Assembly (NCBI GenBank): GCA_041742355.1
Contig: JBGSIV010000293.1
Span: 1 to 15,066 of the forward strand
Direction of reading: 5' to 3'
Source: Candidatus Zixiibacteriota bacterium
GTDB taxonomy: Bacteria > Zixibacteria > MSB-5A5 > GN15 > FEB-12
Length of the DNA stretch: 15,066 nt
Below, one piece after another: positions 8,003-15,066 of this stretch. Positions within the stretch are counted from its first letter, which is position 1, and every line of letters begins with the position of its first letter. Made by a program: the position numbers and the translations under genes. Under the pieces are notes generated by a model. The model had not been told where the DNA came from and did no database searches. It saw only the letters and a program-made list of their open reading frames with translations.

Positions 8003-8046
8003 CTCCTCCGCCCAGAATACAATCATGCCCTCAACCGGAGATTACT

Positions 8047-8715
8047 ATGGGTAGACCACTCGCCCTCATTGGCACAGCGACCGTACTCGGTCTGCTGCTT
8101 GTGATCGCCTCGATCATCCTATCGGGTTGCGACAAGGAGCGGATTGTCGAGTCAACCGAGTATATTCACGACATCGAGTACGTTCAACTGCCCCCCGATA
8201 CGATCATCCAGCGGGATACACTCTACGAGTCCGACTCGGTTGTGGTCTACCGGGTTGACACTGTCCGTACCACGATTTATGTCCACGACACGGTGGTTAC
8301 GATCAGAAACTACTATGATACCGTCCAAATTGTAGACACCGTATTGCAGAGCAGCCCGAATGAGCTATTGGCTGTCGCCGCCATGCAGTACCATACCGAC
8401 CCGGCGGTGCTCGAGTTCATCAATCAGGAGTTCGGAGTGACCGACGGTTGGGTTCTCTACAGCTCTGCGTTCCAGATGGACATTGCCCAACGCTCTGCCA
8501 CGGTGTGGGACATGGCCGGTTACATCGACTACTGGACGCCTGATTGGTCAGCTTACTATCCGATCGACTTCGCCTGGCGCGTCACCTATAAAGGCGGAGA
8601 TCCGGCCAATCCTGTCAACTGGCAGCTCTCAGACCCGCCTGCAGCCGTATCGGGGCATGCTCCCGGTCTCAATCGAGCCGATCAGGTCATGTCGACTTCG
8701 CTTATGCTTAAGTAA
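8047..8715 (+). CDS. Hypothetical lipoprotein with a D-[ST]-[VIL] repeat region and an aromatic-rich C-terminal domain
   Basis: ATG at 8047 with GGAG at 8037-8040; 222 aa. Signal peptide II ending in lipobox LSG-C28. Seven DT/DS-hydrophobic repeats at residues 51-99. No family recognised. Confidence 0.8.
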   Translation: MGRPLALIGTATVLGLLLVIASIILSGCDKERIVESTEYIHDIEYVQLPPDTIIQRDTLYESDSVVVYRVDTVRTTIYVHDTVVTIRNYYDTVQIVDTVLQSSPNELLAVAAMQYHTDPAVLEFINQEFGVTDGWVLYSSAFQMDIAQRSATVWDMAGYIDYWTPDWSAYYPIDFAWRVTYKGGDPANPVNWQLSDPPAAVSGHAPGLNRADQVMSTSLMLK

Positions 8716-8758
8716 TCCCACAGCGCGGCAACTTCGCGTGATTTTGCTATCGAGAGGA

Positions 8759-8797
8759 CGGCCGGTGATCCATCTGATCACCGGCCGCTTTGTATTT
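8759..8797 (+). terminator. Intrinsic terminator after the lipoprotein gene
   Basis: Perfect 12-bp stem CGGCCGGTGATC-catct-GATCACCGGCCG followed by CTTTGTATTT. Confidence 0.8.
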
Positions 8798-8854
8798 GTG
8801 GGCAGCCGCCGTGCTTTTCCCGTTTCATCTTGTCCTGCCGTTCCGGCTATTCGG

Positions 8855-8882
8855 TTGCGTTTTCTCTGGAGCCGTGTATCTT
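8855..8882 (+). promoter_or_regulatory. Possible sigma70 promoter for the MATE-TauE genes
   Basis: TTGCGT, 16 nt spacer, TATCTT; lies between the terminator and the ATG at 8910. Confidence 0.4.
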
Positions 8883-8909
8883 TGATCGGTCAGGCGAAAG
8901 CTTACAACT

Positions 8910-10286
8910 ATGGCGCTGCAAGAGGATACCCGGCCACGGGCAGATTACACTGAGGGATCAGTCATCGGCTCCATCCTGAAAATGGGGCTGCCCTCCATGT
9001 TCGGTTTCCTCAGCCAGAGTATTTACACGCTCGCCGATTCCTTCTGGGTGGCCCGACTGCCTGACAACGAAGACGGGGTCGCGGCCATCACGTTCTTCGG
9101 CAATATCCTCTGGGTGCTGTTCTCATTCAATCATCTGGTCGGGCCGGGATCGGTCGCGGTAATCTCGCGGCGATACGGCGAGCGGGACTTCGATGCCGCG
9201 GCGACGGCGATCAAGGAGTCGATCGTTCTCAAACTGGTCTTTGGTCTGATTCTCGGTGCCGTGGGCTGGTGGCAGGTCGAGCCGTTGCTGAGTCTTGTCG
9301 GAGCGGAAGGCCGCTCGCTGGAAATGGGAATTGCGTACGGCCGGATCATGTTTCTCGGCTTGCCGATTATGTATGCGACGTACACAATATTCACTGCTAT
9401 GCGAGGGGTGGCCAACCCAAATATGGCTATGGTGCTCATGATCGCCTCGAACCTGCTCAACCTCGGTATCGATCCGATCTTCATTTTCGGGTGGGCGGGC
9501 ATGCCGGCGATGGGTATACAGGGTGCCGCTTTCGCATCGGTTCTCAGTTTCACCCTCACATTAGTAGTGGGCTTGGGGCTCTTCGGCTTTCACCGGACCA
9601 ATGTCGGGTTGTCTCTCCGGGGGAGGCAACCGATGCGCGTTGCGACGATGTGGAATATTGTCCGCATCGGCCTTCCTTCATGGCTGGGAGAGCTGTCGTT
9701 CTCGTCCTCCCGACTAATCATCACGCCTCTCGTGGCTACTTTCGGCACCGCGGTGGTTGCCGCGTATGGCATCGGCACCCAAATCTTCAGCTTTGGAATT
9801 ATGCTGCTGGTCGGTATAGGCCTCGGGCTGTCGTCGCTGATCGGCCACAATGTCGGATCCGGAAAGCTCGATCGGGCGCGGACCACCGCCGACCACTCGA
9901 TTCTCCTCGGGATCGGCATACTCTCCGTCTATGGACTGATTGTCTTTGCCGGTGCGGAGTTCATTATGCGCTTGTTCTTTGAGTCACCTTTGACCGTGGC
10001 TCACGGTGCTACGCTGCTGCGGATATTCGCCGTGGGGCTCCCGTTCTTCGGCGCCTACGAAATGCTCGTCCAGATTCACTCCGGGGCGGGATTGAACACA
10101 CCCTCGATGGTCGTGATCCTCATCCAGTCGTGGTTGCTCCAGACGCTCCCAATTCTGATCCTGATCAAGGTGGCCCATATGCCGGAGACTGCCGCATGGT
10201 GGGTTTTGTCCGCTTCTGGCGCCCTCTTCGCGGCGGGCATGTATTGGTACTATCGCAAGGGAAAGTGGTTAACGGTGAAAGTCTAG
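8910..10286 (+). CDS. MATE family efflux transporter
   Basis: 458 aa, about 12 TM in two halves. Motifs GLPSMFGFLSQSIYTLADSFWV, NLLNLGIDPIFIFG..GMPAMGIQGAAFAS, FGTAVVAAYGI and LIGHNVGSGK. Confidence 0.93.
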   Translation: MALQEDTRPRADYTEGSVIGSILKMGLPSMFGFLSQSIYTLADSFWVARLPDNEDGVAAITFFGNILWVLFSFNHLVGPGSVAVISRRYGERDFDAAATAIKESIVLKLVFGLILGAVGWWQVEPLLSLVGAEGRSLEMGIAYGRIMFLGLPIMYATYTIFTAMRGVANPNMAMVLMIASNLLNLGIDPIFIFGWAGMPAMGIQGAAFASVLSFTLTLVVGLGLFGFHRTNVGLSLRGRQPMRVATMWNIVRIGLPSWLGELSFSSSRLIITPLVATFGTAVVAAYGIGTQIFSFGIMLLVGIGLGLSSLIGHNVGSGKLDRARTTADHSILLGIGILSVYGLIVFAGAEFIMRLFFESPLTVAHGATLLRIFAVGLPFFGAYEMLVQIHSGAGLNTPSMVVILIQSWLLQTLPILILIKVAHMPETAAWWVLSASGALFAAGMYWYYRKGKWLTVKV

Positions 10287-10314
10287 CGGCGACCAACAGT
10301 CGGAGAACGACAGC

Positions 10315-11094
10315 ATGGAATGGTACTTCTACCCGCTTACCATCGCCGCCGGCATCGCCTGCGGCTTCATCAATACCCTCGCCGGCAGCGGCTCGCTGAT
10401 TTCCCTGCCGCTGCTTATGCTCCTTGGGCTTCCGGCAAATGTTGCAAATGGTACCAACCGGGTAGCCATCCTGCTCCAGACCATGGTAGCCGTGGATAAG
10501 TTCCGCCAGGATAAGACGTTTAACATGCGCCGAGGGCTGCTGTTAGCGCTGCCCGCCATAGTCGGCGGGATCGCCGGGGCCCAGATCGCCGTGAATCTCA
10601 ACGAGGAGGTCATGGAGACGGTCATCGGCGTGTTGATGGTTATCATGCTCGTCGTCATGTTTGTCCAGCCCGACCGGTGGCTGAAGGGACGTCCCGAGAT
10701 GCTCGATCGCCGTCCCGGCTGGCTGCAGGTGGTGACCTTCTTCTTCATTGGCATGTACGGAGGGTTCATCCAGGTAGGAGTGGGCATCTTCCTGCTGGCC
10801 GGCCTGGTGCTGGCGGCCGGCTATGAACTGGTTGGCGCGAACATCATAAAGAACCTGATCGTCATGTGCTTCACGGTCTTCGCGCTGGCCGTGTTCGTGC
10901 TCAACGGCCAGGTTGCCTGGCTCCCTGGACTCGTGCTGGCCCTCGGCAACATGATCGGGGCATGGATGGGTGCCCGCATTGCCCTTCGCAAAGGAGCAGC
11001 CTTTGTCCGATGGGTGCTGGTTGCAGTCATTGTCGTATCCGCTTCATCCCTGCTCGGGTTGTCCGATCTCGTTATCAGCCTCTTCCGGATGTGA
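10315..11094 (+). CDS. Sulfite exporter TauE/SafE (TSUP) family membrane protein
   Basis: 259 aa. Motifs GFINTLAGSGSLISLPLL, ANGTNR, GMYGGFIQVGVG and GNMIGAWMGA. GGAG at 10302-10305. Confidence 0.92.
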   Translation: MEWYFYPLTIAAGIACGFINTLAGSGSLISLPLLMLLGLPANVANGTNRVAILLQTMVAVDKFRQDKTFNMRRGLLLALPAIVGGIAGAQIAVNLNEEVMETVIGVLMVIMLVVMFVQPDRWLKGRPEMLDRRPGWLQVVTFFFIGMYGGFIQVGVGIFLLAGLVLAAGYELVGANIIKNLIVMCFTVFALAVFVLNGQVAWLPGLVLALGNMIGAWMGARIALRKGAAFVRWVLVAVIVVSASSLLGLSDLVISLFRM

Positions 11095-11187
11095 TCGTCG
11101 GACTACGGTTGTTGTTGCATTGTATCCGCGCCTGTCCTTAATTGACCCGGAGACAGAACAACTCGAGTCATATGATGGAAGGGCACT

Positions 11188-14100
11188 ATGGCACGCAGTC
11201 GACGGCTCTCGCGGGCGCTGGTTATACTCACTTTATCAACGTTTGTGCTCGTCGGGTCAGCTGGAGCTCAGGTGGCCGATTCGGCGTGGGCGGCGCTTCA
11301 GCGGTTGGATATCACTGCCGCTCGCACGCTCTTTAATAGACACCTTGAGAAGTTCCCCGGTAATTCCTCGGCACTGCGAGGGCTCATCCTTACGGAGCAC
11401 TTTGACTGCCGGTACGACGAGCAGTTCGCGTACCTGCGTGCTCTGGCCGGGCAGGACAAGTGCGATCCGTATCTCACCGCCGTGCTCGAGCACATGTATG
11501 CCGAGTTGAAGACGTTTGCGGGCCAGGACAGCGTGGCGCAGATCATTCTGGATGCGTTTGCCCGGAGTTCCGATCCGATGACCCGATACTATGGCCGACA
11601 CGCATCGGTCAAGAATGCCCAGGAAGCAGCCGCACCGGTCTCCGAACAGGACCTGGTGGACCTTGGCCGGGTGCCCGGTTGTTGGATTGCGGGGCCGTTT
11701 GAAAATCAGTCCCGTATCGCGGCTCTGCGCCTTCTGCCTTTCGAGGATCTGCCGCTGGATACCATGGCGACGACAGCGGGGAAGGGGGGGGCGCTGGTCG
11801 AATGGCGGTATCTGCCGGGAGGCCCGTACGGCGACCTAAATCTCTCCTCTGTGATCGAGGATATGGAAGATGCGGCGGTTCTGGTGCGCTTCGCCTTTTC
11901 GGTGCCAGCCACCCAAACGGTCAATATACTTGCCGGCGGCGCGTTTCACTACCGACTGAGAGTCGACGGGGCCGAAGTGTACGAAAACCGAATCTACCGA
12001 AATTCGGTCCAACGCGAGGGTGTATCGCTGACGCTGGGGCCGGGGACTCACGAAGTGACGATGGCCCTGGGATTCCTCGAAATGGGTGCGACCATCGTGA
12101 CTCTGTCGGTCGTTGGCGAGGACTTTGGGCCGATCGATGGGCTCCGATGGCACCATGATCCGGTCGCGAAGTATCTGGCTCCTCCTTCCGCCCAGCCATT
12201 TCACCCGCTGTTCGATCCGCTCGCACGGCACGTCGAGGCTAACGGTGCCGAACCAGACACCCGCTACTGGAAAAGTCTGCTCCAGATCTATAACGGCTAC
12301 CACAAAGAAGCTATCCGGGATCTTGAAGACACCGATGGGCAGGCACCACTGTCGCCCTTGGAACTGTGGGCGTTGCGCACTGCCCTCGCTGCGAACGACG
12401 AGGAAACCCGGGCGACCGAGTGCCTGCGTCGGATCAACGACCACGCCAAGTGCGCCCGCACCGAGTGGGCCTGGATTCAGGCCAACAAGACTGATCATGC
12501 CTCCTCCATTCGAGAGATGGAAGTGATGTCGGCTACGTACCCGGACCGGTTCGATTACGATTTGATGACGATGCTCCTCCCGCTTGTAAACGGAGATGTC
12601 CCGGGCTTCCTGGCGAAGGTTGAGTCGGTGCGGGGCAAGTATCCCCGAGCTGCCGGAGTGCCGACCCTCATGGCTGTTCTGTATCAGTCTGTACTCAACG
12701 ATAACGAGTCATCGCTGGAGCAGTTTCTTCAAGGCTGCCGCATGGTGGGGAATCGCCGGGACGAGCTGATTTACGCTCCCACGCGGTATGCTTCAGTACG
12801 GAAATTCGACGAGGCTATTGCCACGGCCCGGGAGGCAATCGAGCTGTTTGGCCCGTCGGATGCGTTCGTCGGCTCGTTCGCCAACGTCTGTATTCTGGCC
12901 AATCGCCATCTCGAAGCGGTGCCGTTGCTGGACAGCATGCTGCAACAGTATCCGTCGAACATCGACCTTGCCGTAATACTGCACCAGATCTACAATGCGA
13001 CAGGCAACCACACCGAGGCGCGGCGTATGCTGGAACTGATTTACCGCTACAAGCCGTCAGCGGTTTCGCCCTACCTCAAACTTGATTCCCTGCGAAACAA
13101 CGCTCCCCTCGACAGCATATTTGGCACTGTCGATCCGACCTCGTACTGGGATATGGAGCCGACTCCGGAGCAACTCGCCAGCCAGGGGAGTTGGGGACTC
13201 ATCGATCGTCGCCAGGTTCTGCTCTTTGGAACGGGTGTGGCCTGTGTCGACAACCATAATGCCGCGGTTTTGGTGGATGAGGGGACCGTGGAGCGGTTCC
13301 AAGAGTACTACCTCGGTTTCACTGCGGACGAGTCGAACTACACGCTGATGACCGCCCGCCGGCTGCGTAAGGGTCAGCCACCGATGAAAGGGGATCATCA
13401 GGGAGAGAGTGTGCTGTTCCGCGATCTTAAGCCGGGGGACGCAATTGAGATCCGGTACCGCTCCTGGGTTGCCAATTCGGGCGATTTGTGGAACGAGTAT
13501 TGGGACTCCTACTATGTTAGCGCGAGCATATTCCAGCGTCACTGGGAGTACTCGATCATCACTAACCGGAAAGACGTGACCTTCGCTACCTTGCCACCTT
13601 GTCCGGAGAAGAAAGAGGCCAGGCACTTCGGTTTCCGAAAGACGACCTGGCAAGGGGATTACGCGATGCCGGTTGATCTCGAGCCGGTCGGTATGCCCCC
13701 GTCCGATGACATTGTCGGAAAGATCTTTGTCAGCACGCTGGACAACTGGGATCAGCTCGACCGCTGGTACCACTCGATCAGCGAAGCGATTCTCGATGAC
13801 AACCCGCGAGCGATTCAACGCGCGCGTGAACTCGTTGCTGCAAGTGACACACCCTCCGAGAAACTTCGGAAGTTGTACGAGAACATTGTCCTCGACATCC
13901 CCTACCAGACCATCTTCTTCGACTACCATGCATCTATCCCGCACACTCCCGACGAAGTGCTGGTGAATCGCTGGGGGGACTGCAAGGACAAGAGCCACCT
14001 GCTGATCGGGATGCTCCGCGAGGTTGGCATCCCGGCCTGGGCCGTGCTGGTCATGACCCGCGGCAACGGCACTCAACTGCCCCTGCCGTACTTCGGGTTC

Positions 14101-14940
14101 GACCACCTGATTGTCGGGGCGGTCATCGACGGCGACACCGTGTATGTCGACCCGAGCAGCACGCCGTACGCGCCGGAGCACTCGCTGAGCGACTGGGTTA
14201 GCGGACAGCCGTGTCTCAATGTCGGAGGCAGCGGGAAGTCGGCCCTCCAGCGCCTGCCGCAACCGGATACCGACGATACGTATATGAGTTGGAGCCTGAC
14301 GCTCGCAGCGAGGGAGGATGGGCGCTACGATTTCTCCATCAGCCGGGAGTGGGACAAGCTGTCGGCCGGGTTGATGCGCGAGGATTACCGGGACGTGACC
14401 GTGCAGCAGGCTTGCAAGGACAAGGAGGCGTACTTCGCCGACCTCTGGGGTGTGAGCCTGACAATCGACTCGCTCAGTTTTGATCCAGTCCGGTCGGTGG
14501 CTCGGCAGTACCATGATGAGTGGAGCGGGACGATGGCGCTCGCGAATCAGGTGTTGGGCAAGGCGGTTGTCGTGAACCTGCCCCGCCTGTCCCGGTTCGA
14601 GAAGAGCATCTTGCCGATGCTTGAAGGGCACACGCCCCGCACCCAGCCAGTTGATCTGCGCGAGTTTTATGGGCGGTATCTCAGCACCGTTACCTTCACG
14701 CCGCCGTCCGGCTATGGCCCGCCGCAGGTGCTCGATCCGGTTGACGTGACCGACTCGCTCATGAGTATGAAGTACGATAGCCACTGGGATGAGACGACCC
14801 GGCAGCTGCGGCTAAGCTATGACATCACGATCCAGGATGGCCATGTGCCAGTCGACCGATTCCGGTCGTTTGTTGAAAGGGTTATAGAAGTGTTCGAAAG
14901 TCCGCTGCTCTTTACAGAACAGCGAACATCTGACCGGTAG
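11188..14940 (+). CDS. Exported TPR-like / DUF3857 / transglutaminase-like domain protein
   Basis: 1250 aa. Signal peptide ending AGA|Q; helical TPR-like segments; a beta-rich WIAGPFEN insert; DUF3857-type VLFRDLKPGDAIEIRY; transglutaminase-like core GDCKDKSHLL..MLREVGIPA, FDHLI, YVDPS (C932/H973/D988); C-terminal beta domain. Confidence 0.85.
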   Translation: MARSRRLSRALVILTLSTFVLVGSAGAQVADSAWAALQRLDITAARTLFNRHLEKFPGNSSALRGLILTEHFDCRYDEQFAYLRALAGQDKCDPYLTAVLEHMYAELKTFAGQDSVAQIILDAFARSSDPMTRYYGRHASVKNAQEAAAPVSEQDLVDLGRVPGCWIAGPFENQSRIAALRLLPFEDLPLDTMATTAGKGGALVEWRYLPGGPYGDLNLSSVIEDMEDAAVLVRFAFSVPATQTVNILAGGAFHYRLRVDGAEVYENRIYRNSVQREGVSLTLGPGTHEVTMALGFLEMGATIVTLSVVGEDFGPIDGLRWHHDPVAKYLAPPSAQPFHPLFDPLARHVEANGAEPDTRYWKSLLQIYNGYHKEAIRDLEDTDGQAPLSPLELWALRTALAANDEETRATECLRRINDHAKCARTEWAWIQANKTDHASSIREMEVMSATYPDRFDYDLMTMLLPLVNGDVPGFLAKVESVRGKYPRAAGVPTLMAVLYQSVLNDNESSLEQFLQGCRMVGNRRDELIYAPTRYASVRKFDEAIATAREAIELFGPSDAFVGSFANVCILANRHLEAVPLLDSMLQQYPSNIDLAVILHQIYNATGNHTEARRMLELIYRYKPSAVSPYLKLDSLRNNAPLDSIFGTVDPTSYWDMEPTPEQLASQGSWGLIDRRQVLLFGTGVACVDNHNAAVLVDEGTVERFQEYYLGFTADESNYTLMTARRLRKGQPPMKGDHQGESVLFRDLKPGDAIEIRYRSWVANSGDLWNEYWDSYYVSASIFQRHWEYSIITNRKDVTFATLPPCPEKKEARHFGFRKTTWQGDYAMPVDLEPVGMPPSDDIVGKIFVSTLDNWDQLDRWYHSISEAILDDNPRAIQRARELVAASDTPSEKLRKLYENIVLDIPYQTIFFDYHASIPHTPDEVLVNRWGDCKDKSHLLIGMLREVGIPAWAVLVMTRGNGTQLPLPYFGFDHLIVGAVIDGDTVYVDPSSTPYAPEHSLSDWVSGQPCLNVGGSGKSALQRLPQPDTDDTYMSWSLTLAAREDGRYDFSISREWDKLSAGLMREDYRDVTVQQACKDKEAYFADLWGVSLTIDSLSFDPVRSVARQYHDEWSGTMALANQVLGKAVVVNLPRLSRFEKSILPMLEGHTPRTQPVDLREFYGRYLSTVTFTPPSGYGPPQVLDPVDVTDSLMSMKYDSHWDETTRQLRLSYDITIQDGHVPVDRFRSFVERVIEVFESPLLFTEQRTSDR

Positions 14941-15019
14941 GGGCGAGACGTCGGCCGCATCGGGTGATGCTGTCTGACCGCTGCGCTGTTCTCAGAAGTC
15001 ACGGAAGGATGGTGATGTT

Positions 15020-15066
15020 ATGGGATTCTGTCCTAAGTGTCTGTACGAGTATGAACCGACCCTGAG
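15020..15066 (+). CDS. N-terminus of a small CxxC zinc-ribbon protein (resembles DUF2007-associated proteins); 3'-truncated
   Basis: ATG at 15020 preceded by GGAAGGATGGTGA. Translates MGFCPKCLYEYEPTL..., matching the FCPxCxxEY start of zinc-ribbon proteins. Only 15 codons are visible and it is not in the ORF track. Confidence 0.6.
   Translation, partial: MGFCPKCLYEYEPTL

Noticed and set aside
7945..8046. N-terminal extension of the lipoprotein ORF
   Set aside because: Would bury the signal peptide and cover the sigma54 element. ATG 8047 has GGAG.
7820..8800. Integrative element inserted at tRNA-Tyr
   Set aside because: No integrase in the window and I saw no duplicate of the tRNA 3' end.
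11115..11144. Sigma70 promoter TTGCAT-N17-TTAATT before the large gene
   Set aside because: The -10 lacks the conserved A at position 2; too weak to call.
13057..14784. 575-aa antisense ORF
   Set aside because: Lies entirely opposite the well-supported transglutaminase-like gene and has no recognisable motifs. Long shadow ORFs are expected in GC-rich coding DNA.
1..15066. CRISPR array, IS element or long DNA repeats
   Set aside because: No regularly spaced repeats, transposase or terminal inverted repeats seen by eye. A self dot-plot would be the definitive check.

Overview
GC-rich bacterial chromosomal segment with every supported gene on the + strand. A Gln after a signal peptide and D-[ST]-hydrophobic motifs in exported proteins hint at the FCB group, possibly Zixibacteria-like; this is inference only. 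Bases 1-6326 are the distal part of a tightly packed Wzx/Wzy-type surface-polysaccharide cluster: pseudaminic acid synthase pseI (5'-truncated), a wzx flippase, a wzy-like polymerase, an unassigned GT-B protein that is a candidate nonulosonate transferase, and a DUF1972/GT4 glycosyltransferase. A wzz/GNVR co-polymerase follows, then a stand-alone tRNA-Tyr(GTA) with a sigma70 promoter, a lipoprotein with seven D-[ST]-[VIL] repeats and a strong terminator, a MATE transporter, a TauE/SafE permease, a 1250-aa exported TPR/DUF3857/transglutaminase-like protein, and the start of a CxxC protein. The most notable unexplained structure is a pair of sigma54 (-24/-12) promoters in front of wzz and the repeat lipoprotein. 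Both have an IHF-like TAA-N4-TTG element 51-52 bp upstream and share a similar candidate enhancer site, suggesting a co-regulated surface-glycan/glycoprotein module. No mobile element or CRISPR array was seen.
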